Assembly (NCBI GenBank): GCA_000165425.1
Contig: CT868037.1
Span: 1 to 64,000 of the forward strand
Length of the DNA stretch: 64,000 bases
Source of the DNA: Paramecium tetraurelia
Lineage: Eukaryota
Reading direction: 5' to 3'
Shown here: positions 28,101 to 42,435 of the stretch, piece after piece
Position numbering within the stretch: position 1 is the stretch's first letter
Layout of the letters: each line of letters starts with the position of its first letter
Notes under the pieces: model-generated
What the model saw: only the letters and a program-made list of their open reading frames with translations
What the model was told of the DNA's origin: nothing
Databases searched by the model: none
Program-made: the position numbers and the translations under genes

Positions 28101-31100
28101 TCATCATTATCAATTTGGCAAACTACATCTTATTAACAAACTTCAACATCTACTTTAAATAATCTATTATTATTTACATTCAAATCATAAGAGGGAATAA
28201 GAGTTTTCTTTATTAATTAATTAGGATCAATTGTAAATAGATTGTTAATACCTAATTCCAAATCATATAGTTACCCATCAATTATTTCAATTTCTGAAAA
28301 TGAAATATTAATTGCTTGTGTAGGCTCTAAACTTAGTTAATTATTAGTTTACAAATAAAATCTAGATTTATCATCTACTTTAAGTCCATAAATGATTGAT
28401 TTCAATAACTAAATAACAGATGTAAATTTGTTGAATATGAATTCTGGATATGTCATAGCATTTAAATAATTAAATTAGACACCCTATTACTAAAGTGATC
28501 TAGTTAACTTATTGATATTTAATAGCCTAGGGGATGTGTTATCATCTGATCCTATTTAAGTAAATGACTATTATGGATCTACAACAGATATTCGATTAGC
28601 TCGTTTATCAAATGATGATTTCATAATAACTTGGACTCAAATAATTAATTCATCCTATGGAGTTGGATTAATAAATCAAAGAAATATAGATGATTTAAGC
28701 GGAGACGGAGTCTATGTTAAGAGATATAACGTAGCTGGTTAGGTTTAATCAATTTAAAATGTAGTATGTCAAAGTTATTGTAAATAATGCAGTAAATCAA
28801 ATTTGTGTGAAGCATGTATGGATGGCTATCAATTTGATTAACAAAAATTGATATGTTTGCCAATATGTTAATCTCATTGTAATTAATGTACCAGATTTTT
28901 GGGTTAATATAAGAGTTATTGTTAATAATGTGCAGAAGGTTACACAAACAATGATTAAGGAGATTGTGTCAAAGTGCAAGAATAATAAATTTAGTAACTT
29001 TATGAACTTTATGGAGATTATGTGGTGAGTCAAATTTTGACATTATCAAATGGAAATATCGTGATTCTGTATTAAGCGAATGGGGGAGATAAATATTTGA
29101 TGAACATAATTGATAGTTCAGGTAAGGTTGTTTTAAAGGGAAATGAATTAACCCTTTCATGTTGTAGAAAATTAACCAAAGCTACAGCATTAACAGGTGG
29201 TAATTTTGCAGTTATTTAAAGATCCTTTGATGTTGTTGTGGAAGGATTTTAGCTATTTGTTTACGATTAAGAAGGTAGATTAATTAAATAAGATATATTA
29301 TACAATCCTTACTATTGGGGTTATCCTGAATTTTGGAGAAATTAAAATTTATTACAAATCAACTCCCTTTCAGATGGAGGATTTGTTATATTGTTTGTTT
29401 CAAATAATGATGGTTACATATCTTCCCAAAGTCCAAAACTACATTTAAGAATCTACAACAAAGAATATTATCTTGTTAAGTAAGATATTGTAATTTAAAC
29501 TTATTTCAATAGAAATGAATAATGGGATTATTGGAACTATGATTATGTTTACAACAATCAAAGAAATCAAGCGATTCAAGTATTAGAAAGTGTAAATTCA
29601 ATTATAATTTCATTTGGAACTAGCATATATAATAAATGGGAAGAAAATAAAAATAATATTTAAGTGTTTGTTTATAGTAAAGAGGGATAGTTCATATTAA
29701 ACAAGGCTATAGAAATACCCAATAATGATTGGTGGGTAGGATATACTCCTAGAATCAATTTATTTGAAATAGAAATAAATAAATACTTATTGGTCTATTT
29801 CAATAATAGATAAGTCTATGGATAATTTTATGATTAAAAGTTTAACCTATAGGTTGAGAAATCAATAAATTTAGAATCTCTAGGTGGATTACACTGTTAT
29901 GGATGTTGTATTGGATGTTGGGATTAAATAACAAGTTAAGTGGCAGTAGTTAAAAATGTGATTGTTATTACAAATAAGCCTAATGGCCAGGATCTATATA
30001 TTTCGGCTTACAATCTGAATTTCAATTAAATTGTTTCTCCATTCAAAATATCAAATAATAAATACGATGCAACAGATTATTTGAGAAACCAACATTTCCT
30101 TGTAAATTATTAACTTGAGACCTTATTACTTGCTTAGGTTGTTTAATTTAAAGGAAGCAGACTAATAATGTTTAATAAATTAGATAAAAATTGTAATATA
30201 ATAAAACAATGGACATCTTGTGGTGAAAATTGTATAGATTGTGCAGAGAACAATTAATAATGTCTAGAATGCAAGAGTGGATACTTTGTAGATGAAACCT
30301 AAAAATGCAAAAAGAGTTGTGATATCTAATCTTGTTTATTGTGTGAAAATCCTGGATAATATGGAGGATTTTGTAGAATTTGTTAAGCAGGATATTAATT
30401 GAAGGATAATACTGAGTGTGTTCAGGTTGATAGCTCAAGAATATAAGAAACTAAACTTTCATCAAGTAATCATTAAGCTTAGAATACTCCGAGAATTAAA
30501 ACACTTTTAGATGGTAGAATACTATTAATTAGTTTAAACTCAAATAATAAGATTATTGGATAATTCTATGATTCTTAAGGAAATCTAAGTGGAGATTAAG
30601 TTACATTATTGGAAGAAGAAGGAATTAATCATTTTGACTTTTCAGTATCTAAGACTGAAGATAAAATCGTATTAGCTTGGGTAAGTTATAGAAACTGGAA
30701 TGCAAAATCACTCAAATTTAGCATAGATCTTCAATCAAAAATCACAGAATAATTAGTAATTATAGACTAGGTATATTAATATAGTATCTCATAAATCACA
30801 GTGGAATTTTTATAAGATAATTCCTATGTGTGTGTTTTATATGGAAATGGATAAAATTGGATAAGAACTGTGAATGAATTTGATTAATTGAATTGTTTTA
30901 ATCAAATTAATTCAATCAATTAATGGTTTTGTGATAGATGGGGTTGTTATGATCAGAGCCAATTTTATCAAGCTTAAAACCGATACATAGATTATTTCTC
31001 TACAAGTTATGAGAGAGAACCTAGCATCTTAACAACTTAGAATTATATTGTATTGGCATATGTAGAGTATAGTACATTAGTTTTAAGAACCTATGATAAC

Positions 31101-34100
31101 TATGGAAATGTCTAATATGTTTTTAATAATTAAAACATCAACTAAAATGAATTCAGATAACCCTATTAACCATCAGTTACTTTATTAGAGAATGGCAAGA
31201 TCGTCATCGTGTGGAAGGATGTGATGGAAACCTACAATATAGCAACATATGAATAATAAGTTCCAAGTTATAAATAAACTGTGATAGCATATATGATTAC
31301 AGATGAATAATTTAGAGATGCTAAGGTACAATATATAGGAATGGATTATATATAAGAAGAAAGACCAGATGTTGCTGCCATTTCTAATGGATTTGCCATA
31401 TCTTGGTCAGGTAGAAGTGAAAGGAATAATTAGAATATCGATCTTAGAATAGCATACTTTGATCTATATGGAAATCTTTAAACTGGATTTATACCTGTCA
31501 GTTCAATTTGCAATAGACCAATTAACTCTTAAATTAATAAAATAGCTGATGGTTCTATACTTGTATCTTGGTACCAAGATTAAGACATCTATGTTTAGAA
31601 ATTAGACAGAAAGGGAGTTATATACCCTTTACCATAACCTATTGGATGTTCTTGGTTCTGTTCTAAATGTAATTAAGAAGGTTGCCTAGAATGTTTTGCA
31701 GGATATGAATTGAATCAGGTTAAAGAATGTCAAATAATTGTGCCAAAATGCAATGTTGAAAATTGTTAAGTTTGTGAATACGGATGGAATAGATGTATGT
31801 TATGTAATGAAGGATATTTCCTTGAAGATAACTTTGATCATTGTACATTGATAGATGTACCAAATAAAGAGTATAAGTTAGCTCATTCTAATGTAATTAA
31901 TGATCATTCTACATCTATTGTATCAGTTGATGATGGAACTATTATCCATTTATGGTTAGATACTAATGATGATGGTTATGTCTTAAAGGGATCTACATAT
32001 ACCTAATTTGGAAGTTAATCAATAGCTGATAAATTAGTCTATTTATTACCAAAAGATGTATTTATTTAAGTGAAATCATAAAATTCTAATGTGGTAGTGT
32101 TAATTTATAATGCTGAATTCAGTTAAATTTTAATTGTTAATGTTAAATTGGAAATTGTAAAAGACAAAGTAGATATTACAAGTATCATAAAAGAAGAATT
32201 TATAATTTCATATGAATGGTAAAAGTAGAATTTAGAGACATTTAATGATGGATTCGTAGTAGAAATAACAGGAGTTAGATAATAGGTTATTAATCAATTT
32301 GATATCAATCCAGAAATCAGAAAATGCATGGTTGTTGAAACACTTGTTTTCAATTTTAACATTGAATTAACTACTCAACCTTTTGGATTTTATATGGAAG
32401 GATAACCTTCAACAGGAATTGTAGATTCTGTTAATAATTGCAAAATTACAAAAGTCTTAGATGTTCTTTATGACGATTATATCTATGTAGTTAGTTATCA
32501 ATATGATCTTTATAGATAATCACTTTAAGTTTATAATTACAGAGGTGAAAAATTAAAAGAAGTTTGGGTGAATCAATAGGTTCCGTGGTATAGTTATGCT
32601 GACTATGATGGCTAAAGATTGTTCAAATCCTAAGATGGCAAACTATATATAACTGGAAGAGAGGGAAAGGGAATAATTTTAAACATCGAAAATTTCTAAT
32701 TTTTAGAATTTCTTGATTACCCCTTACTAAGCAATTATTGCATAGATTATAGAGTAGTTAGGTTTTTATACTCTTAAGAGTTGATATTAGGATAATAAGT
32801 ATTCGGTTTGGTGTCAAGATGGAAATATTCAATCTTCAGGCTTTGGGATCAAGGATTTGTATCTAAATTTGCAGTCCAATAGCAATCATTTAATATATTA
32901 GAATTAACAGACGGATAGCTATTATTCAGTTGGATAGAAGCATCAAATAACTCTAATAAGGGATCTATTTAGATTGTGAGATTAAATTAGAGTTTCCAAT
33001 TAGACATTTTCTAGAGATTCGCATGTTTACCTAATTGCCAATAATGTCCAAATGATAATACTTGTGATATTTGCAATGACCATTATGAAAATATAAACAA
33101 AAAGGAATGTAAAGTCATATGTCCAAACTTATGTGATACTTGCTAATATCCTTAGAGTTGCACTATATGTTAAGATGGTGCCTATCTTAATGATTAAGGA
33201 GAATGCTACATACCAAATGATGGAAACATTGAAATTCCAATTCCCATAAAGAGATCAGACAATTAGATTAATCCAAGAGTGGCTTCATTCAGTGATGGCA
33301 GCTTTGTTGTAGTTTGGTAGGCTGAAAATCAAGATGGAGATGGTTATGGAGTTTATGCATAAAAATTCAATTCTTTGATTGAAAGAATAGGTGATGAAAT
33401 CAGAGTTAATGAGGTTGTTCTTAATGAACAATATTATCCTGATATCACAATTCTTGATAATTCGAATGTAATCATAGTGTGGGCTGATGGGCAAATTGAA
33501 TCAGAAGCAACTCTGTATTATTAGAGATTTGATAAGAATTTAGTAAGAATTGGTGGTCCTGTCATCCTTGATAAAATAAAAGTATAGTATATATAATAAT
33601 ACGACACTCCTTTTGTTGTGCAAGCATTACCTTAAAATAAATTTGCAGTTTGTTGGGTTAATTTTGCTGATTGGAATTCAAATTTCTATGTTACTTTGAT
33701 TGACTCAAATGGAGTTTCACTAAATTCTTATGTATGGAATAGACCAGATTAAGTAAGGGAAATTGCGATAGCATCAAATGGCCTCAACTTTATTGTTTTA
33801 ATAAAATAAACTTGTCATCTAATATCAAATATTTTTAATTTAGAAGGATAATTTTAATACGAAAAATATATAGATTTTGCTAATTCCTGCAACGGTGCTT
33901 CAGGAATAACCGCTAATTCTAGAGGAGAATACATAGTGTCATTTATTGAAGCAGATTATGTGAGAGTGAGCATATATGATACTCAGTTTAACTAATATGG
34001 CAGAAGTTCTAAAATAGAGGATTCGGCTATTGATACTATTGCTGATAATCCAGATGTTATTGCCCTCGATGGTGATAAAATCGCTGTTGTGTGGTAAAAT

Positions 34101-37100
34101 ACTGATAGACTTGATCCAATATTTAAATCAAGAAAATTAAAGATGGTGATCTTAGATTATGCTTTAGTTGCATTAACTTCAGTCTAAGAAGTAAACTTAA
34201 TAACTACATTTGCATAATTACCTTAACTTTCACGATTGAACAATAACCAATATGTGGTTGTTTGGTAAGCAAAGAATTAGAAACCAAATGTTGATTCGGA
34301 ATATGGAATATATTTAATGAGATATAATTCAAATGGTGATTAAACTAATCCAGGTGTTCCAATTTGTCCAGATAAATGTGAAAAATGCCAAGAATCAACT
34401 ACATGCATCAAATGCTTACTAGATTACGACCTTGTTGATAAGGAATGTAAACCTAGATGTCCTGTAAACTGCTAATATTGTAATACATCCAACATTTGTG
34501 ACATATGTTTACCAGGATTTGAATTGGATGTGGTTGGTCATTGTATTTACATTACTCCAGATCCTATTCCTTATCCAGTTCCTATGCCTGAATATCCAAG
34601 TAAAGTAAATCCAAGCTTCAAATCTATTCAGAAATTCGGAGATACATCAGTCTTAATTTACGGATCATCTCTAATTCAAGTTGATTCAAAATATTATCTA
34701 GATATTAGCTTAATTTTAATCAATGATAGTAGTAAGGCTTAGTTACCTTATAATAACAAAATAGAAATTGATGGAGAATGGGCAAATGTTTATAACTCTG
34801 ATATACTAGTAATAGACTAAGAGATAGTAATTTATTGGACAGAACATTCTTACAGTGTCAAATAAGTGCACTTGAAATAAATTAGATTAGATTCAAACTT
34901 AGTTTCTTAGGGATCAGAAACTATTGACACATTTGATTTTGATTTCAGCGAACATACCAATAGAAAAGTGTATCTCTTTGCTTTAAATGGAAGTTATTAT
35001 ATATTCTAGTCTATTCAATATATCAATGGATAATTTGAACTTTATGGACATATAGTAGATAGACAATTGTACACAAGAGCTCCTCCAAAGAAATTGATGG
35101 ATACTTTTAACTAACTTAATAGAAATTAGATTCATTACATCAATAATGAATTTGTAATAACCTAGTACACAATGATAATATTTTGGCGGAAATTCAACAC
35201 AAATTTAGGGGATTTGGTTGAAGGTAGTACTTGGCCAATTTTCAATGGAGATATTGATTACAGTTCAATCATCATTCAATAATTAACAAATACAAATTTC
35301 GTCGTTGCTTGGAGATCTAAGAGTCAATAACCATAAAGTTCTTCCAATTCAATTAAATACATGAATCTAGGTTTAGACTTTTAACCAATAAGTAGTGAAA
35401 TAACTGTTGTCACATCTAATGATGTTTTATAGAGCCCATTCATTGTAGTAACAACTAGTTCCTTCTATGTTATTTGGAATTAGGAATCAGTTGTGTCTAG
35501 TATTCTAAATTGCAATTAGTTTTCTGAAAATGGAGGACCAGCACTAAATACAATCCAAAAATTGAACAGATTATAAAATAATGTAATATTCTACACAGGT
35601 ACACAAATTACTGGTGAAGATATTTATGTGATTTGGATTTCCTATTAAGATACAACATTAGAATATCAATATCAATTGGTAAAGATTGGTCCTCAAGGAC
35701 GCTTACCTAATCCAATTGACCCCCTCCCTGTTTGTCCAACTGGTTGCAATGTTTGTTAGAATGAATACTCATGTGGACCAGGTGATTGTCTCCCAGATTA
35801 TATTTATGATATTATCACACACAAATGTGTTATGCCTTGTCCATCTAATTGTAAATAATGCTCTTTACCGGGATAGTGTAATACTTGTGATGAAGGATAT
35901 AAATTAGTTAATCATCTTTGTGTTAAAAACGTTTGTTAAGCTGGATGTGAACTTTGTGATGAAGCCCAACTTTGTTTCAAATGTCCTCAAGGTTATGAGA
36001 AAGTAGATCAATTCAAATGTAGATATGCTTGTGATGTAAATTGTGAAATATGTGGAGAAGATAAATGTACTCAATGTAAAGAGTCCTATTATTGGAGTGA
36101 AAAAGATAGACTATGTGTGGATATAACCATATACATCTATTAGACAACTAAGGAGAAACCCCTAAAGGCAGTATTTGAGTCTAAAGATTATGTGCTTATG
36201 TGGTATGAGACTGGAGCCACTGAAGGAATTTACATCTAATTATATAGAAGCAACGGAAAACCAGTAGGCAGACCAACAAAAGTAAATGAACAGGATCTTT
36301 TGGGAACTAGAAGATTGCTATAATAGTCAAATAGTTTTGATGTTAGATTGTTTGCTGATTTGGCAGCTATAAAGAATGAACTAGTAGTCTTGTGGGTTGA
36401 TCAGACTCAAGGTGATATGATGAAGCTTAAATTCAGAAAATTCGATAGTAATACTACCTAGATGTCTGAAGAAATTACTATAAAAGAATAGCCAAGATAA
36501 AATTTAACAAGTATGGCAGCTCCCTGTATAATTAAACCTACAAAAAATAATTAATTTGTTATTGGTTGGTTTAATTAATAGGCTTAGAGTTTGTAATAAA
36601 CAGCAACCATGTTCATTTAATCCTATAGTTCTGAGTTGAAACCTATTGGTGAATTGTCAACACTATTGAATGCTGATTACACGTCTGTTCCCTTGATTTC
36701 AGCATCTGAAAATGGAGAAGTGTTTATCACTTATACAAGTCAAGGATATACTTATTTAGCTTAAATGTCTCAAGATGGTTTCTAACTTGGTGATCCAATC
36801 CAAATTGCATAACCTTATCAAACCATAAAATCATCAAATTTGGATGATGGTAGTATGATATATGTATTTGAATCAAAGAGTACAAATGTATCACCTCCAT
36901 TGTTTGTCTTATAATATCAGATTTTGACCTTGGATAAGAAGTTGAACGAACCCCAATTATTGACATCATAATAATATGGAGAATAATAACCAGATCTCCT
37001 GAAAATCAATAATGGATTTGTGATCACTTGGAGAAGTGTAGATAAAACATTCAAGTCTCAAGATGTCTATTTCTAAGTGTTTGATAATTCTGGAAAAATG

Positions 37101-37907
37101 AAATCATTACAAATTAAAGTTGACAGACAAGGAAATCATCCATAGAATCCAAGCATTCAACTCTTAAAAAATAATAATAATAGTAATAGCGATGAGTTAG
37201 TGATTACATGGATAGCTGAAAGTCTAGAGGATCCAACTGTAAACACTATTTTTAGTAAATAATTCAAATTATCAACCATTATAATTGATCCATAAACACC
37301 AGTCTGTTCATCAAAATGTCTATATTGCGAAAGAAATAACACCTGTATGACTTGCATTCCAGGATATTACACAGTAAATGATCAATGTGAGATTGATTGT
37401 CCTATCAATTGCTAATCTTGCTCAAAGCCATATGTTTGTGACAAATGTGATCAAGGATATCAATTCACTGCTGATAATCAATGCGAATTTGTTGTTGCTT
37501 GTGATGCAGGATTTGAATTAAATGATGAAAATGAATGTGTTCCCATATGTTCTGATAACTGTCTAGTTTGTCAATCATAGACATCATGTTTAGAGTGTTC
37601 TGCAGATTATTACTTAACTAAAGGAATCTGTTTACAATCACTTGGTGATATTACAGCCTCCATGAACCAATCTAACCAAGGAATGCCTATATATGACATA
37701 ATTGTCATTATAGTTGCTTCCTTATTGTTCATAGGATGCCTATTTTATGTCTACAAACGTCATTAGAAGAATTTAGCCAAGCGCGAACATGGATAATAAT
37801 AATTAGCAAATCAAGTAGAAGATAGTAATAGAGTTCCATAGTAGACCATGATACATTCAGAGTTCACGGTTAATAGAGGTTAACCAGACAATTTATAATT
37901 TGATTGA
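22143..37907 (+). CDS. Giant type-I membrane/surface protein (~5,254 aa): 11 beta-rich domains alternating with furin-like Cys-rich repeats
   Basis: Signal peptide MKIILVSLLIVASFA. ATG to TGA spans 15,765 nt (a multiple of 3), and track ORFs at 27954, 31797 and 34524 lie in the same frame. CxxC clusters recur every ~1.3-1.5 kb. A single TM segment IIVIIVASLLFIGCLFYVY is followed by KRH and a short tail. Confidence 0.9.
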
Positions 37908-37971
37908 GTTTTTCATAATTATTATATTTTTATATTTCATTTTTAATTTATTTTACTACTTAAATAGACAA

Positions 37972-39041
37972 ATGGAAATCTAATTATTGTGTTTATATTC
38001 CAATCATAATAACTCCTAAATTCTTGGACTCTGTCTAAATGAAGACTGTTGCTCTCAAAGAGCCTACTGTAAAGAGTGCATCGAAACACTGCACTTCAAT
38101 CATTTAAATGATTTATGCTCATTAGATTCATTTGGCAAGAAAATATAAGAAGCTAGTTTAACTCTTGATTCACTATCAAAGCGCCTGGAATAAGTAAAAA
38201 GTTATATAGAATCAATTACAAAATGTTAGAAATAATTATTCTCCTTCCTACAATCAGATTTCTATAACCTATCTCATTAAAGATTTAACCCTATTATTGA
38301 TCAATTGATTGCTATCAAAAAAATAGATAAAGAATTAATACCTATGTTGGGAAACATATGTAAGGACTTTTAACCTATGATGGCTAAATTCTTAGAAATT
38401 TAGGACTATTAAAGTATAATTATATTTGATTATTAGATAAATAAGAATTCTGTAGAGTTCAAAGTCAAATAGTAGAACCTCTAAATATTGTCTTTCATAA
38501 TACTATGGATAGTATCTATGTTTTCGATTAAGGAAAAAAAGCCATGAAATCAACTTTAGGATATCAGTTTGTAATTTGTCATCCTGTTATACCTAAATAA
38601 AAGAGAGTTTGTTTTACATTCGAAATACTCTCTGTTGGATTAAGAACTGCTTTAGGAGTATGTCATAAAGATATCAATATCAAGATTTAATAATTAAAAG
38701 AAGGACATGGGTATCTTTTTATATTTCATTTTAGTTCTTATATAATGGTCAATTCAGGAAACTGTTTTGAAAGTTCCAAACCACAAGGCACCAAAACAAC
38801 ATTTGAATTTGAAAAAGGTTCTAAAATACTTGTTGAAGTCAACACAATACAAAAAAAGATCATTTGGAAAAATTTGGATAATTTAAGTGAATATGTACAC
38901 ATATTATTATATTCTATTAAGTCTGTCGCCATAGATACATCTAAAGATTTATATCCGTGTTTGAGATTGGGTTGCAAAAGCCAATAGGAAAGCTCCTCAG
39001 TTGGAATAATAGATAATTACAACTATTTTTAAGCAAGTTGA
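37972..39041 (+). CDS. Zn-motif, coiled-coil and SPRY/B30.2-like domain protein
   Basis: MEIQLLCLYSNHNNSQILGLCLNEDCCSQRAYCKECIETLHFNH; C-terminal QFVICHP, TALGVCHK, GHG-SYIMVNSG, FEKGSKILVEVN and DLYPCLRL; two tiny introns. Confidence 0.7.
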
Positions 39042-39074
39042 GAATGAATTAATAAAATTAAAAATTCTAATTTT

Positions 39075-41975
39075 AAATTTGTTATGTTATTTAATAATGA
39101 TTCAAAATTCAATTTTCTTTTTTGAAGGAAGATATTTTTGTAAAATAGCTTGAGTAAAGAACCCTATTAAGGATGCTATTACAACAACAGCTATCATAAT
39201 CCAATTATACCCTTTGAATCTAGAAATATAATAAAATATTGTTACGCATTATCATTGACATTAATCAATTTAGCCCATTTTCCTCCTTTTGGAAAGATAG
39301 CAGAAACAAAGAATAGAATAAAACCTAATATTGTCCATAAAAGTAATAGGTAGTTTCTATAGTATCTTTATTTGAAAGGATTGGAAATGTACAAGTTGAT
39401 TGCAAATGTCATAAAGAAGAACATCAAACTCATAAACATTACTGATTAAATATCTCCAAATTTTTTTAATTCTTCAATTGGTTTTGGAATACAATTATCA
39501 ATTGGTTCATCTATTTCACATGTATGAACATCTCTAACTGCTGTTGAAATGAAATAATTGACAATTAAACTAATTTAAATAAATATTATGTTAATACCCT
39601 GCTACTCCCCAAATTAAATTATTAAATATTTAAATTTGATTATAAATAGCAAATTAATCATCTAATGGATTATATTTAGCTAATGTATCACAAGGACCAG
39701 ATAAACATAAAAATATTAATAAGGGAATATTTGATATAATGCTTGTATAAGTAAATTGAAAATCTGCAAAGGTTTCTGCTTCTAAAAAGGTAAAGAGTAC
39801 AGCTACAAATTTCAATGTATTAACACTGATTTAATATTAAAAGACTTCAATAATAGTCATGGTAGCTGCTTTGCCTTATAATAATACTTTAACAACACAA
39901 TCTAATGAAGTAGATTTACTACTGAAAGGAGCAGTATATGAGGCATCAGCTTCACTAAATGAAATTCCAACTTAAGCCTATGAGATAGCTGACTAAAATG
40001 AATTAAATGAATATAATTACACAATCATTAGCTCCATCTCCACACATTAATACTTATCTTCCAAAACTTTGAATTATTTGAATAATTAATTTCTTTTATT
40101 CAGGTTTTTAACGAGCAAATACCTTAGTTTTCTTAATAATTGAGATAGTCAATTGTCCAAAAGATCCGTCGTCAATATCAATTTGATTAATTTCAGTAAA
40201 TATCTTTTCCTTGCTTTAAGACTTAACAAAAGTGCTTGATGAATACTTAGGTTCTACGAAAAAGTTGCCTTTATTTGTCATAAATTCTAAAAATTTGCCA
40301 GTTAAAGCTAATTCTTATTGAGTTTATATAAATGATTCTAATTCTTAAATACTATTTGGTTATTATTCTTTAATTATTTATTGATTGTTATTACATTAAA
40401 GTATAATTTCTTAATTTTATTAATTATAATCTAAAAATGTAATTTCATTATCTGAATTAATAATACCAGCTAACTTTCCACATTAAATAGTTGTCAAAGG
40501 ATTATCTCCTGATATTACTTTAATATCTAATCCTGATTCTTTTAAAGTTGTAATGATTTCATTTGTATCTGATTTTAATGGGTTCTCCATAACTAACAGA
40601 CCAACAAAGTTCAACTATGATTCTAATTACTCTCTTTATTAATCAATCTAATTTGATTATAATTCTTTGTAAGCTAATCCTAGGACTCTATAACCTTTAA
40701 TAGCATTCAAATTGAATTCTTCAATTAAATCATCTCTTTTCTTGATTGATATTGAATTAATTGATTCAGGAGAACCTTTTGCATATAAATAGTATTTAGA
40801 TCCATCTGTTACAATAACACTCATCATTGATTTTGATGAACTAAAGTCAAATATCTTATGAATAGTATAGGTTTTTCCATTTCCATCAATTGTTAATGGA
40901 TTATTATTGAAGTTACATTGCCAACCTACAAAATTAAGCATTTCAATTTCTAATGGATCTCCTAATAATTAACCATTTATTTTAATTAAATGATGACAAC
41001 AACCCATAATAGCATCTAAAATAGGTTTTTCTTCTTCTGGAAATGCTTTAATTGCTTTAAATCCTAAAGTAGTAAGAGTTCCTGTTTTATCAAAACAACA
41101 AGTATCAATTCTACCAGCTGATTCTACTTTATCAGCATTATTTCCAATAACTCCTTTAGCTTCAAGTCTAACCAAACTTGCAGTCTTGCAAATTTAGAAG
41201 AAAATAGGCATTGATGGTGGAATTGACCAAACTATATTATCTAAGAATCTCAATACTAAAAGACTTGATTTGAATTCCATCGGAATGTATTCAATCAATA
41301 GGAATCCATATATAATTGAAGTAATAAATGCTATTTCAATTATGAATTTAGCTGCCTAAATATAAAATCTCATTGATGGAGGCTCAGGAAATAGTACATT
41401 TCTAAAATATTAACCTCTAAGGGATGTGAAACCAGTTCTAAGTACAATGGCTATATTTTGCTAAGCATTGTTAACTTAAATTAATTTAGTTCCTTCAAAT
41501 AAACAATGTTAAGACATTTTTTCAAGTTCAAAAAGAGAATTTTGATTAGGTAATGCAGATTTAGGAATAGGAATACCTTCACCAGTTAAAGTGGCTTCAT
41601 TAACAATAACATCACCTTAAATGATAGCACAATCACAATTTAATGTTTGATTATCTTTAAGGATGAGTAAATCACCAGGTAAAAGATCAGCTCCATTAAT
41701 CACTTTAATTTAATCATTTTCTTTAATTGATACTTCTTAATGTATATTAGCCAATTATTATAATCTTCTTCTTGATCTAACATATAAAAAGTAATTCAAA
41801 TAGACTGTTAAAACTGTGAAAATCAAGATCAGGACAGGTTGAAGTACTGTTTTCTCTGCAAACCATATTGCAACAGCAAAATATTATAAAATATTGAATG
41901 GACCTGTAAATGCATGCAAAGAATAAATGAATATAGATTCTATTGGGATCTTAAGTTAACATGTTCCAAAATATT
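39075..41975 (-). repeat. Left arm of a ~2.9 kb inverted repeat (partner 57254-60158)
   Basis: The reverse complement matches the second ATPase almost base for base, including introns and the start of the 3' UTR. Track ORFs 40969..41175 and 58054..58260 are identical. Confidence 0.95.
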
Positions 41976-42435
41976 TAATGTTGTGTTCTCTGGTTTGCTT
42001 TGAACTTAGGTTAATAATATCGGTCAAAGTCTTACCTTTTATTTCAAATTCAATTGGTTAATAAAATTAGCCTGCACTATTAAATGAATACTTTAGCATT
42101 CTATATATTTTTTAAGAGAGTACTTAAACACGAAATAGGGTTTATCAAACATAATTTTTTTTTTACAAACAAATTCTTCTCCAGAAGTCGCTACTATTCT
42201 ATAATGAGTTGCAATCGATTCATCAGAGCAATCAATGAACAGAAATAATTAATAAAGCTTTTTGAAGTATTTCAAGGCCAAGGCAAATAAAAATGCTGTT
42301 GAAATAGATAAGAGAATCTAATTAAAATTATATTGATACTGCCAAGAAGATTCTTGCTTTACTTATTCTAATTGGCTGGATTTGGGATAGGGGATGTTGC
42401 CCTTCAACAAATGAGTTTTAGACTGGAAATGGCAT
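39102..42435 (-). CDS. P5-type P-type ATPase, copy 1
   Basis: VNEATLTGEGIP, LRTGFTSLRG, IPPSMP, CFDKTGTLT, KGSPE, ISGDNPLTT, FARQKPEQK and MCGDGANDC motifs. N-terminus MPFPVQNSFVEGQH. TGA at 39104-39102. Confidence 0.93.

Noticed and set aside
22143..37907. Giant gene as an immobilisation antigen or mating-type protein mtA
   Set aside because: It lacks continuous Cys-periodic repeats and a GPI-type C-terminus. It has a single TM helix with a cytosolic tail and is far larger than mtA.
42370..42400. Apparent frameshift in the N-terminus of ATPase copy 1
   Set aside because: Recounting the G-run restores the frame (EGQHPLSQIQP), which is collinear with copy 2.
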